A DNA stretch of 60,278 bases, filler included, from Stramenopiles sp. TOSAG23-6 (lineage: Eukaryota): assembly GCA_900128565.1 (NCBI GenBank). It is 14 parts of 14 records of this genome, joined end to end, with 100 filler letters (N's around TTAATTAATTAA, not from the genome) between each part and the next. Parts side by side here need not be neighbours in the genome. Positions count along the whole stretch, not along the records: positions 34,554 to 38,760 come from LT637227.1; positions 38,861 to 43,067 come from LT637228.1; positions 43,168 to 47,372 come from LT637229.1; 11 more parts are not named here. One strand, given 5' to 3'. Shown in pieces: positions 34,684 through 46,442 of this stretch (positions within the stretch are counted from its first letter, which is position 1; each line of letters opens with the position of its first letter). The notes under the pieces are model-generated. The model saw only the letters and a list, made by a program, of their open reading frames with translations, was not told where the DNA came from and made no database searches. Position numbers and translations under genes: made by a program.

Positions 34684-36354
34684 AATCGTCGTGATGTGAA
34701 GAAAATGTCAGGAATAAAAGAAAAACGTAAATCAATTCAAGCCGAGTCTAATAAAAGATTGCAAAATATACGAGAAAATGCCGCTGCTTCAAAAATACAG
34801 TCTTTATTCCGCATTAAAAAAGCTCGCGATGAAATTAGAATTCGACAAAATGAGAATGAGGCAGCACTTGCTGCTGCAAGTAGCCCTGAGGAACGTGAAC
34901 GTTTGAAGAGAAAGCAAGCAGATGAAATGGCAGCTATGAAAATGGCTGGTTCTATGAAGAGTCTCATGGCTGATAAGTTGGCAAAACAGAAAGCAGCAGA
35001 ACGTCAAGAAGCTGAAAAAATAGAGAGTGCTCATGTTCAACATGAATTGGAACAGCATAGTGCAACGTTACTCCAAAAAATGTATTTTTTATTTTTTTTC
35101 AAATTTCATTTTTTTTTTATAGTAAATTTTGTACCTAACAAATTTTTTTTTTTACGAAAAAAAAAAAAATATTTTTTACAAAAAATGTATCGTTCAAAGC
35201 GGGATCGTGATCATTGTACAAAGCTTATCAAAGACTTGAGAGCAAAACATGGTAATTCGATATCTATTGCAGAGTTACGTGCTCGATCCAAAGCTGAATT
35301 GGAAGAAACAAAGAGGAAAAAAGAAGCTGCAGCAATCAAACTAAAGCTTGCAGGAAATGCAGAACAAGAAGCAGAAATGCAGGCGGCAACCACACGGTTG
35401 CAAAGTATGTTTCGAGGTTCAAAAGCAAGACAAATACGTAGAGATAAACAAGCTGAATTTGAGAAGCGTGAAAAAGAAGAAAAGCAAAAGGACAAAGCAG
35501 CATTACAAATGCAAATGTTATTCCGTGGGAAAAAAGCTAGAAGTGCATATGACTTGAAAAAGGCTGAATATGAAAAACGACGTCAGGCTCTGTTAGAACA
35601 GGAAGGTATGAAAGAAGAATTAGAAAGATTAAAGAGGCAACAAGATCGAGAGCTTTGTGCCTTACGTGTCCAATCGGTAATGCGATCTAGATGGGCTCGA
35701 AGAAAGGCAAAAGATATGGCTCGTCGTAAAGAACGCGCTCGCCGTGAGGTCCAACGAAGGCTTAATGAGAAAAATTCGGCTATTATTATTCAATCAATGT
35801 ATCGTTCTCGAAGAGACAGACAACAAATTCAGGCGATGCGACGTCAAGCTAAAGTTGCTGCAAGGAAGCGTGCTAAAGCATCAGCTGAAGTTGACGCACA
35901 AACAAAGCAAGAGGAAGCATTGCAGCAAGACAAATGGATAGAATATTGGGATGAGGGAGCCCAAGCTTATTATTGGTTTAATCCAAGAACCCAAGAAGCT
36001 AGGTGGGATAACCCCAATGATGATAGCACTGACACACATGCAGGAATGGAATCAACCACAATGGACACTGGGTATGAGAGCGCATATACTCATGGGACGG
36101 TAACTGACTATGATACAGATAATGTAGATTATGGCTATAATGATAGTAGCAATGAATATGGCTATCAGGCGGAAACACAATACGATGAATATGGTAACCC
36201 TATCTATCAAGACGCAGGATATGGAGAAGAATCATATGGCGCTGGTAGCTACTCTGAAACTTCTGGAGCATCAGAATGGACAGAACACTATGATGATGCC
36301 AGTGGTCAGACGTATTATTTTAATGCTTCTACTGGTGAAACTCAGTGGGCATGA
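34684..36354 (+). CDS. IQ/WW protein (duplicate copy; intron 35082-35186)
   Basis: Identical to 30377-32047. Confidence 0.8.
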   Translation, partial: NRRDVKKMSGIKEKRKSIQAESNKRLQNIRENAAASKIQSLFRIKKARDEIRIRQNENEAALAAASSPEERERLKRKQADEMAAMKMAGSMKSLMADKLAKQKAAERQEAEKIESAHVQHELEQHSATLLQKMYFLFFFKFHFFFIVNFVPNKFFFLRKKKKYFLQKMYRSKRDRDHCTKLIKDLRAKHGNSISIAELRARSKAELEETKRKKEAAAIKLKLAGNAEQEAEMQAATTRLQSMFRGSKARQIRRDKQAEFEKREKEEKQKDKAALQMQMLFRGKKARSAYDLKKAEYEKRRQALLEQEGMKEELERLKRQQDRELCALRVQSVMRSRWARRKAKDMARRKERARREVQRRLNEKNSAIIIQSMYRSRRDRQQIQAMRRQAKVAARKRAKASAEVDAQTKQEEALQQDKWIEYWDEGAQAYYWFNPRTQEARWDNPNDDSTDTHAGMESTTMDTGYESAYTHGTVTDYDTDNVDYGYNDSSNEYGYQAETQYDEYGNPIYQDAGYGEESYGAGSYSETSGASEWTEHYDDASGQTYYFNASTGETQWA

Positions 36355-36475
36355 GTTTGAAAGATTATTACTGTTATTATATTAATATAAAGAGTTTCTT
36401 TTATGTACCTTTTATCTTCTTTGGTGATTCTATGAAAAACACTCCAATCAACACAAACGATGTTGCTATTGTTAT

Positions 36476-37165
36476 TCACTCTTCAAAAAATGCAACATAC
36501 TGCGTATGCCCTTTTGCAAAGGTAGAAAAACTCACATGTTGATTAAATTCATCAGATACAAGGAACTCTTCAAAAATGTTGCGCCGCGCAGAAAATGGAA
36601 GGTCATAAAATTTAAGTTCATCTAAATCCAAAGCAGTTGTATCAGCCGAACTGTCAACGACTGGAATCTCTGGGTCCGCAGCAATATAGTCTTGACTTCC
36701 TTTTACATATGGGATGAAACCTTCTGACTTGACCTCCTCGGATGCTGAAGAAAAATCGTGGAATATTTTTAGTCGTAGTGATTTAACAAGATGGTGAAAA
36801 CCAATAGCATATAAATTTTCATCCATCACGTGAATTTCTCCCCGACTTCTTGGTTCATCGTCCAACAGTGATACCACTGAAAGATCTTCATCGAGTGGTA
36901 CAAGTTTATCGATTGGTGCGTCTTCGGGAATTGGAGCAAGTGTTTGTGTTTCTTCAATGGGAATCTCTGTGACTGATGGTGTATAATTTTGCGTTTTGTA
37001 AGGTTGTTCACTGTAATCTCCGCCTCTAAACTTTTTATTTTTCGATCCTTTTGACTTTTTTGTGTCTTCGTTCTTCGGTTTGCCTGAACAAAATCCGAAG
37101 CAACCAGCATAGGTTCCCTCAATGCTTAATACAAAACATACGAATATTAGGAGTGAAAACTTCAT
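36476..37165 (-). CDS. Secreted protein (duplicate copy)
   Basis: Identical to 32169-32858. Confidence 0.6.
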   Translation of the reverse strand: MKFSLLIFVCFVLSIEGTYAGCFGFCSGKPKNEDTKKSKGSKNKKFRGGDYSEQPYKTQNYTPSVTEIPIEETQTLAPIPEDAPIDKLVPLDEDLSVVSLLDDEPRSRGEIHVMDENLYAIGFHHLVKSLRLKIFHDFSSASEEVKSEGFIPYVKGSQDYIAADPEIPVVDSSADTTALDLDELKFYDLPFSARRNIFEEFLVSDEFNQHVSFSTFAKGHTQYVAFFEE

Positions 37166-37485
37166 GGAATTATAGTAAAGTGTCTAAATGATACTTTTCA
37201 AATATGAATAAAATAGAGAATGATGTTATTTTAAGGTGAGATTATTGAAAAGATACTAGCTAGCATACCGTAGTATTTTTAGCATGATTTTTGAGATTGG
37301 AAAAAGTTGTATTATTTCGTGTATTTATTTTGTTTTGAACAAAATTTTCTAAAATAACGGCTAGCCTAGATACGGCGTATCTATTTTAAATACGTACAAG
37401 TATTTTGTGCATCTTATCCGAATAACGGTTATCTACACCGTACAGTATCATTTCAAGAAAACAAATCTAAATTATTTCAAAAAGA

Positions 37486-38652
37486 ATGAAGAAGGTTATC
37501 TTATCAAGCTTTGCTGTAGCAAACGTAGCACGATCTGCAATAATTCCTCATAAAGAACTTCTTGACCAATGGGATGTCCTTACGAATGAGTTTAATAATA
37601 TTAACATTGACTCAAACGCTAACACGGAATACCGTACTCTAATGGCTCGTATGCGTTTACAATTAGCGAAATACGCGCTTTTCGCAGATAATTTGGAAAA
37701 AATTGAGAGAGACACAATTCTCGATATCGCTGAAAAAATCTTTCAGAACGTTCATCCTTTGTCGATGCGAGCTCTGGGTAATGTTCTCCGAATTGCTGAA
37801 GGTATGAATCCTACAAATCCCTCGGAACCTGTTTTGACATTTCTCAACAACTCTAATCCACCACAGCAACCTCCCGGAGAAAACATATTGTTACGTCCTC
37901 TTCTAAATTTTCAAAACCAAATAACGGCTAGTCCACCCGTTGATCAATTACTTGCTGGTGAGTTAGCAAAACAAGGTTCATGGTTGTATACTGCTTCAAA
38001 AGAAGGTAATGAAGAAGCCGTTCGTCAACTTATCGCTCTTGGTGTTGATGTCAATGACGCTGATAAAGACGGATATACGCCATTGTATATTGCTTCACAG
38101 AATGGTCATGTTAAAGTAGTTGAAGAACTTCTCAAAGCGAAGAATATTGATGTCAATCTAGCTGCAAAAGACGGCGATACACCATTGCATGTTGCTTCAT
38201 ATCACGATCATGTTGGAGTAGTTCGACTACTTATTGAGAATGGTGCTGATGTCAACGCTGTTTATGAGGAATGGACCCCATTGTATATTGCTTCGGAAGA
38301 AGGTAATGTAGCAGTAGTTGAAGAACTGCTCAAAGCAAAGGGAATTAACATTAATAAGGCTGATAAACACGGAGTTACCCCATTGTCAACTGCTTCACGG
38401 GATGGTCGTGTTGAAGTCGTTAAATTACTTCTTGAAATGGGTGCTGATGTCAATCAGGTTGATAAATTCGAAAGAACCGCATTGTATGGTGCTTCAGAGA
38501 AGGGTCGTGAAGGAGTAGTTAAACTACTTATTGCTGCAGATAAAGTTGATGTCAATAAGGCTGACAAAAACGGAGCTACCCCATTGTTGATTGCTTCACG
38601 GTATGGTCATAAAAAAGTAGTTGAATTACTTAAGGATGCAGGTGCAGAGTAG
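37486..38652 (+). CDS. Ankyrin-repeat protein (duplicate copy)
   Basis: Identical to 33179-34345. Confidence 0.85.
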   Translation: MKKVILSSFAVANVARSAIIPHKELLDQWDVLTNEFNNINIDSNANTEYRTLMARMRLQLAKYALFADNLEKIERDTILDIAEKIFQNVHPLSMRALGNVLRIAEGMNPTNPSEPVLTFLNNSNPPQQPPGENILLRPLLNFQNQITASPPVDQLLAGELAKQGSWLYTASKEGNEEAVRQLIALGVDVNDADKDGYTPLYIASQNGHVKVVEELLKAKNIDVNLAAKDGDTPLHVASYHDHVGVVRLLIENGADVNAVYEEWTPLYIASEEGNVAVVEELLKAKGININKADKHGVTPLSTASRDGRVEVVKLLLEMGADVNQVDKFERTALYGASEKGREGVVKLLIAADKVDVNKADKNGATPLLIASRYGHKKVVELLKDAGAE

Positions 38653-38914
38653 AGAGCTTGGGATGAACACCATATGTAACCCCTTTCGAATGGGAAAACA
38701 ATACCAGGCCATGACGTATCCATACCCAATGTTCATACAGTGAAGAAAGATATAATAAAANNNNNNNNNNNNNNNNNNNNNNNNNNNNNNNNNNNNNNNN
38801 NNNNTTAATTAATTAANNNNNNNNNNNNNNNNNNNNNNNNNNNNNNNNNNNNNNNNNNNNTTGTACCTAACAATTTTTTTAGAATTTTTTTTGAAATATT
38901 TTTCCAAAATACAT

Positions 38915-41900
38915 TGTATTACAAATCTTAGGCTGTATCTTTCGTATATGTAAAATTAAACATATCAAGAATATATTTGCTAGAAAAAAATGGAGAACTA
39001 ATAAAAAAATGCAACATGAAATCAATAGTAAACGAACATTTACTAGAATTTTAGGATCCGCTAAAGAGAAAACAATACGTTGTTTTTACTACAATTTTTT
39101 TTTTTTTTTTTTGAAAAATATTTAAAATATTTTTAAATTTTTTTTTTTTTTTTTGAAAAATATTTAAAATTTTTTTTTTTTTTTTTTGAGAAAATATTTT
39201 AAAATTTTTTTTTTTTTTTTTGAGAAAATATTTTTAAATTTTTTTTTTGGTGACATATTTTTTACACTCTATGTACCTGAACCAAAACCTTGTCTACTTT
39301 ATTCTCATTGTCTAGGTGTTTTATTTGATTTTAATGATGATGGCATTGAAGAGAACCCTAACCCTAATTTTGAATCACAAAAAGGAAAATCATATGAATG
39401 TTTTATTTTTTTTTTTGTATGAATTTTTTTTTTATAAACATTTTGTACCTAACAAAAAAACAAAAAATAATTTGAAATATTTTTCCAAAATACATCATAA
39501 TCATCATACCATTCAAAGTTATGGCATTTCTTATTTAATGAATTTTATAGAATTTCAATTATCACAAACAACTCATTTGGAGTCTTGGTCTGGTTCAATA
39601 ATTGATTTAAATTTGGAAAAAACACGGGATATAAAATCCGAAACAAATTATCAAGAATCATTAATCATATCGTTATTAGCCATGAGTATAGGAACTACAA
39701 CAGAATATTTAGAATCATTAGGTAAATGGTGGTTAATTGATTTAGATGTATGTTTTTTTTTTTTTTTTTTTTTGGTAAAAAAATTTTGTATCTAACGTTT
39801 TTTTTTTTGAAATATTTTTTCAAAATACATGATGAAATAAATGTTCCACGCCGAAGAGGTTTATCACTAAAAACAGCAAAAGATGTCAAGGCTGCAATTT
39901 TATCACAAAATATTTTAATTTGTAATCCTTCTGTGATTTTATTGATATTTCGTGCATTGAAAAATCATTCTTGTGAATTTCAACTGACAATATTGAGACA
40001 ATTAAAAGTGCTTTTTACTGGTCTTCATCCTACTGCATTTTATAATAGAAATTCTTTGCTTTTGTTGTCTAATTGGCAAAGACCAGTATTGAATCTTTGG
40101 GTAGGATGTAAAGAACCAAGAGTTGTTTCTTTACTTGTATCACTGTTATCTAGTTTTATTTTACACACTGTAGCTTATGGAATACAAACAAATCAGCATA
40201 TTATTTCATTTATAAATAATGATGATCCAATATTTAAAACACCATCAATACACAAAGATTTAAGAAATGTTCATAAAAAACAACGTAATTCGGAATGTAA
40301 TGGAGATTGTATTGATACTTTCCATGTATTAATCGTTCAATTACAAAGTTTATATCCTAATGTTGATGATGGTAAAAGTAATAATCAAAATGTTAAAAAT
40401 GTTAAAAATGATAATGTTAAAAGTAATAATCAAAATGTTAAAAATGATATTGAATCTAATGATAGTAGTAATAATAATGATAGTAGTAATAATAATAGTA
40501 CTGATAAAAATGATAATACCACTAAAAGTAATACTAATAGTGTTAAAAATAATAATGATCATACTATTTTGAATCGTGATGTTGATTGTATGCGAATAGA
40601 AACCATCTTATTAACTACATTTATGAAAGATTTATTACTGTATACACAAAATGATCAAACTCATCGTCAAAATCCTCAAAATCCTCAAAATCCTCAAAAC
40701 AAAAGCGAACCATTCAACACAAAAACAAATATATATGTACAACAAAAGATGAAAATCAGTCAAGAATTTATTTTATTTTTATCCAAAAAAGTAGAAACGT
40801 TGACGAGTTGTTTAACCCAATTGAACATAACAAATCAATTCCCTATGAATAAAAAACACGAAAAACATAAAAAACATAAAAAACATAAAAATTGTGATTT
40901 TTCAATGATAGAGCGAGAAATTCTACGATGTAATTTAGTTGAATCTTTTATACAGTTGTTGATTCGTTGTAGAGCGATTAATTATGGAAAAATTAAGTGT
41001 CATAACCATCGATCTCCTTTNAAAAAAAAAAAAACACGATTGCAAACAGATGAAGAATTAGTCAGCCTAACCCTTCATCTTTTATTATGTGTATTGTATG
41101 TTTTTTATTTACATTTTATGTTTTTATGTTTTTATCTTTTATTATGTGTATTGTATGTTTTTTATCATTTTGTTTTCATAAAACATATTGTTTTCATAAA
41201 ACATATTTTACCTGACAATTATTTTAAAGTTTTTTCATAATTTTTCCAAAAGTACAGGGAACCAATTGATCATCATCAAAATGTAAAATCACCAATGAAT
41301 ACAAAATTGGTATTGAATATTCAAACCAGAAAACAACTATGTTTCGTTTGGTCTGCTTTACCTACGATTTCGTGTAAAACTACAATGATGCATCAAATAC
41401 GTTCTTCACGAAGTCGTTTGTTTTCATAATGAATTTTAATTTTTTTTTTTTTTTTTTTAGAAATTTTAAATTTTTTTTTTTTTTTTTTTTTTTAAAAATT
41501 TTAAATTTTTTTTTTTTTTTTTTTTTTAGTCGTAATTTTTAATTTTTTTTTTTTTTTTTTTTTTTTTTTTGGTTATACTAAACAAATTTGAAATGTAAAA
41601 TATTTTCACATAATAAATGAATGTTGTGGTGTTTTTCACAACTCATTAGAGACCCATCTTTTACTATATGTGAAGCAAGTGTAGCCATCAACATGATTAC
41701 TAGATTAGTGCTATTATTGAATTCCAGTACAATTGAAAAAACTGAAAAAGAAAATAGACAAAAACAAGATGATTTTTGTAATGATAAAAAAGAAAATAGA
41801 CAAAAACAAGATGATTTTTGTAATGATTTTGATGTATTATATTTAAAAGACATTGAAAACATTATCCTTAATTTATTACGATGTAGCCTTCCTCAAAAGC

Positions 41901-42536
41901 AGTCTATTGTTCGTGATGTTGTGTATAGCTGGATTGTCACTTGTCATCAAAATACAAAAAATACAGAAAATACAGAAAATACAGAAAATACAGAAAATAC
42001 AGAAAATACAAAATCGATTCTATCCAAAAACACACGAAATCTGATAATTAAATGTCTTGGATTTTCTGTACCCAACCAAATGACAAATGATGAATTTTGG
42101 TCATATTGGAAGAAAGGCCTTTATACACAACTACAACATGAATCGATAACACAAGATATATCTATACATAGATTTTTAGAATACAAACAACAAAGGGCTT
42201 CAACGCTAGGAATCATTCAAAAACACGAAAAAACAATATTTGAATATAATATAAAACGAGAGAAAAGTCTACTGTATGTTGTATTTTTTTTTTGTTTTCG
42301 AAAAAAAAATCGATTTTTGTTTTTTATACGAAATTTTGTACCTAACGAATTTTTTTTTTGAAATATTTTTCCAAAATACATGCATTTTTGTGGGATAATT
42401 CGTGAATTGGAACAACGTCGATTATGGCAAAAAAGAGCTGAATTACAGACTACATCAAGCGCAGCTGTTGTTGCTTGGCATCGAATTTTAAATAGTGTAA
42501 TGCATGTACTTTTTTATCATGAACATTTTCAAATTT

Positions 42537-42579
<43 letters not shown>

Positions 42580-42988
42580 ACCAAAATCCATACCTAACAA
42601 ATTTTTATCTAAAAAAAAGATATTTCTTCACAGTGTATGAACGTGGACTTTGGGGCAGTTTAAATTCTATGATTGAAAGTGATGTAACCAATGAAAGCTG
42701 TAATAGAATGGTTCCATCCTCTTTACTATCACCTTCATCATCAACAACACCATCTAATCATTCAAAATTTGGACAACAACAACAAAAGAAACAAAAAAAA
42801 ATGTTTTGGGAGCTTGGAGTATTTTTTTTTTTTCATACATTTTTTTTTCGATTTTGTTTTTGCATAAGAATATCATGAATAACAATTTTTTTATCCTAGC
42901 ATTATTTCACACTAACCCTAACCCTAACCCTAACCCATAATTATTTCACACTATAGGCAACATCAGGCCGCCAATTAGGAAAACGCAT
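38915..42988 (+). CDS. Internal fragment of a large multi-exon protein, probably BEACH family
   Basis: Spliced WHRILNSVMH|ERGLWG...FWEL resembles the region preceding PH-BEACH; Asn-rich inserts; 8 or more introns. Confidence 0.55.
39396..39495 (+). mobile_element. Introner-like intron GA..AT (100 nt)
   Basis: AT|GAATGTTTT...AAAATACAT|; in frame GKSYHNHH. Confidence 0.7.
39748..39830 (+). mobile_element. Introner-like intron GT..AT (83 nt)
   Basis: AT|GTATGT...AAAATACAT|; in frame. Confidence 0.8.
41096..41257 (+). other. Degenerate family intron GT..AG with duplicated donor region
   Basis: TT|GTATGT...AAGTACAG|; in frame LLCVLEPID. Confidence 0.6.
41416..41618 (+). other. Expanded T-rich family intron GT..AT
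   Basis: TC|GTTTGT...TAATAAAT|; in frame SRSRMLWC. Confidence 0.6.
42274..42381 (+). mobile_element. Introner-like intron GT..AT (108 nt)
   Basis: CT|GTATGT...AAAATACAT|; in frame. Confidence 0.75.
42506..42638 (+). mobile_element. Introner-like intron GT..AT (133 nt)
   Basis: AT|GTACTT...CAGTGTAT|; the CAG 5 nt upstream is out of frame. Confidence 0.75.
42819..42956 (+). other. GT..AG intron containing (CTAACC)4
   Basis: GGA|GTATTT...CTATAG|GCA; telomeric tract 42912-42936. Confidence 0.6.
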
Positions 42989-43397
42989 GTATGTTTTATT
43001 TTTTTTTCAAATTCGAATTTTGTTTCGTACGAAATTTTGTACCTAACAAATTTAAGTTTTTTTTTTTNNNNNNNNNNNNNNNNNNNNNNNNNNNNNNNNN
43101 NNNNNNNNNNNTTAATTAATTAANNNNNNNNNNNNNNNNNNNNNNNNNNNNNNNNNNNNNNNNNNNNGTAAAACGTCAAAAGATAGAAAATAAAGGTGCA
43201 CAGAATTTATTTGAACTTGGTTTNNNNNNNNNNNNNNNNNNNNNNNNNNNNNNNNNNNNNNNNNNNNNNNNNNNNNNNNNNNNNNNNNNNNNNNNNNNNN
43301 NNNNNNNNNNNNNNNNNNNNNNNNNNNNNNNNNNNNNNNNNNNNNNNNNNNNNNNNNNNNNNNNNNNNNNNNNNNNNNNNNNNNNNNNNNNNNNNNN

Positions 43398-43888
43398 TAA
43401 AACGTCAAAAGATAGAAAATAAAGGTGCACAGAATTTATTTGAACTTGGTTTAGCAAAATATCATGGCATGGATTTTCTGACTGAGGATAAAGAGAATGG
43501 AATACTAATGATTGGATCTGCAGCTATTGCTGGTTTTCCAAGTGCTATTGCATTATGTACATATTATGGTTGGAATGGTTATAAAAGTGATTATAAAAAA
43601 GCATTTAAGATGTTTATGGATAATAGTGATTATAGTTATGCTCAAATATATATTGGTCTTTGCTATTTTAATGGTGATGGTGTTGATAAAGACAAAAAAG
43701 AAGCTTTCAAGTGGTGGACTAAATCTGCTAATTTAGGTAATAGTCAAGGACAACTCTGGCTAGGTTATTGCTATAATTTTGGTCGTGGTATTGCTAAAGA
43801 CAAAAATGAAGCTAAAAAGTGGTGGACTAAATCTGCTAATTTAGGTAATTGTCTTGCAAAAAGAGAACTTGCAGTAAATTTTTCATAA
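43398..43888 (+). CDS. Sel1-like repeat protein, 5' partial
   Basis: AQIYIGLCYFNGDGVDKDKKEAFKWWTKSANLGN repeats. Confidence 0.85.
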
Positions 43889-44122
43889 TTATTTCTTTAA
43901 TTTCAATCAATAAATTGGATTATTATCTATATTTATACATATATTTACTCTATTCAATATTTCAGATTTATATCAAAAAAACAAAAAAAAATCATTATTA
44001 TCAAAAACAGCAAACTATATATTATCAGATTTATTTCACTATTAGTACAATCCTGTTTATATGACAATATTGTATACAATGTTGTAAATAATATAAATTA
44101 AAATTATAAAATCTCATCAAAC

Positions 44123-44564
44123 GATAAACATCCGCAAGATATAATCTGATCGGTTGGCCCGATTTTGGCCGAAAAATTCGATTTTCTTTCTTTTTTTGAT
44201 TTTGTACCAAATTCCGTACCTAAGTGATTTTTGGTCCTTAGGTACGGAATTTGGTACAAAATCAAAAAAAACTAACACCAACACTAACCTTTACTCTGGA
44301 GGTGCATCACAATGATCCAAATCAAATTTTGCGTATATATACATGTTCATTGGTATCTTTGTTTAAGTGTATCAAGTCCATGATGAAAATGAAGAAGTCG
44401 TTCTAAGTTTGTTTGAGGCACTCTTTTTCTCTTGCAGATTGAAGAAAAAATCACTTAGGTACGGAATTTGGTACAAAAAAAAAAAAGAAAGAAAATCGAA
44501 TTTTTCGGCCAAAATCGGGCCAACCGATCAGATTGGGAAAAAGCCATTCTTGCGGAGGTTTATC
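44123..44564. mobile_element. MITE/foldback-like element with ~110-bp inverted arms and an internal hairpin
   Basis: 44143-44232 is nearly the reverse complement of 44446-44534; outer gataaacatccgcaaga pairs with tcttgcggaggtttatc; hairpin 44192-44269. Confidence 0.8.
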
Positions 44565-44803
44565 AAAATTGAAAAAGAATAATAATAAAATCTCGATTTT
44601 TTTCCAGATTTCGTGATGAATATATCAGATTTGAATTTATTTAAATTGAGAAAAAATAAAATCAGCTGTCAAAAATATCAAGTGATGTTTTTTGGGTAGT
44701 ATATTTTTGATATTAAACACTATCAAGGTTCGATACTATCGTCAAAAGGTATACCGTCATCATAAACAACTCACAAAGTTAGCTAGAAGATACAACGCTC
44801 TGT

Positions 44804-44826
44804 TATATATATATATATATATATAT
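44804..44826. repeat. (TA)n microsatellite
   Basis: tatatata run. Confidence 0.85.
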
Positions 44827-44897
44827 CAATTCAAATAAGTATATACAATTGCATTGTACTATTTTCACGTTGTACTACGCTAGACACTTTTTAAAAG

Positions 44898-46272
44898 ATG
44901 ATGAAAATATCTTACGTGTTGTTGATAATGATGCACACATATTCTGTGTTTGCAACGAGTGAGTTACTTTTGTCTGCTTCAGTACAACAACAAGAAGAAG
45001 GAGCTGATATACTTTCAAATAAACCACTTGAACACAAGAGACTTCTTGCCAAGTTAAAACTAAAGATGCGATCGTTTTGTTGTGGAGGAATACGTGAACA
45101 AGTTTCTGGAATGAAAGAGTCTCTTACTAAGAGTACTAATGGGGAAGATGACCTTCCACTGAAAGTAACAGCAGTTACTACAGGAAGCAGTTTTCCAGAC
45201 CACAATTCTTCTTCAAGCGATGATGATGACAGCGAAGAATATTTATCAGCTCAAGGTAGACCATTTGTATCTTTATCTTCTGAAGAAATCTTTTTCGATG
45301 ATTCTGTATCACCTCTCACTGAAAATCGTACCCAAAGTGACGCAACTAAAACTGACACAACTAAAAATATCACAACTAAAAAGGCACCAGTGAATTCGAT
45401 ACCTTCTATCGAAGTTCTCATCGACAATCGTACCCAAAGTGACACAACTAAAAATGACACAACTAAAAATATCACAACTAAAGAGGCACCAGTGAATTCG
45501 ATACCTTCTATCGAAGTTCTCATCGACAACCGTACCCAAAGTGATACAACTAAAAATGACACAACTAAAAAGGCACCAGTGAATTCGATACCTTCTATCG
45601 AAGTTATTTTTTCAAGTCTTGATGCAAGTGACAGCAAAAACCCTTCGCCAAAAAAGCGACCAAAATACTATAGACCTTCACAACCATCTCCAAGTCAAGC
45701 ATTTGGAATTGTTGATGAAGGACCATTTGATGATGGATTAGGTATGTTTTACGACGACGACGATGATGATATAAACGATGATTTATCTCTCGATTATATT
45801 GGTATTGAACAGTCTCCAAACCATGATCAATTAAGTGCTACAGTGATGAATGGAAATGGGTTTGTAGATGTATCCCCTGAGCCTCAATTAAATACAAATG
45901 GTAATCCAAACAAAGTACTTGAGGTAGATGATGTACTAGAAGAACAACAAGATCAGCAACAAGATCAACAAGGACAAAATAAGGAAGAAAACCAACAGAA
46001 GTCTCCAAAAGATGAAAAGCCAAAGATAGAAAATAGACCAACATTACAGGAAAAACAATTTCATTTAATGTCCAATGCAGAACGGAGTCGAATTATTGAT
46101 GTATGTTTTACACGTGTTTTTTTTTTTTTTTTTAATTTTTGTAGTAAATTTTGTACCTAACAAAAAAGAACAAAAAAAATGAAATATATCCCTACAAGTA
46201 TATGCATTCTTGAATTCTCGTGATCCATCTAATCCTAATAAAGTGAGCTATTTATCTGATTTCATTCCATGA
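44898..46272 (+). CDS. Secreted acidic/Thr-rich protein with ~100-bp tandem repeats (45324-45605)
   Basis: Signal peptide; NRTQSDTTK...APVNSIPSIEV x3; intron 46101-46203. Confidence 0.7.
46101..46203 (+). mobile_element. Introner-like intron GT..AT (103 nt)
   Basis: AT|GTATGT...CAAGTATAT|; an upstream AG cannot be excluded. Confidence 0.65.
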
Positions 46273-46442
46273 ACACTTATAACCGTCAAACTCTAAAACT
46301 CTAAAATTCAAACGCCAAAAAAAAACGTAAAAAACGCCAAAAAAAAAATACAAGATTAATTTGACTTTTTACATATTTTTGTATTGAATTTTATATTGAT
46401 TAAAAATTCACAAAAATTTAAAATTTAAAAATATAAAAAAAT

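Larger units (their letters stand above)
34554..38760. repeat. Exact duplicate of contig 30247-34453
   Basis: Identical ORF translations at offset +4307 and identical ends. Confidence 0.95.

Noticed and set aside
30247-38760. 4.2-kb tandem duplication
   Set aside because: Two identical contigs with identical ends separated by a linker; redundancy of the assembly.
43168-43452. ~55-bp direct repeat around an N gap
   Set aside because: Scaffolding overlap artefact.
43398-43888. Sel1 (and ankyrin) genes as an endogenous giant-virus insert
   Set aside because: No viral hallmark gene; neighbours carry host introns.
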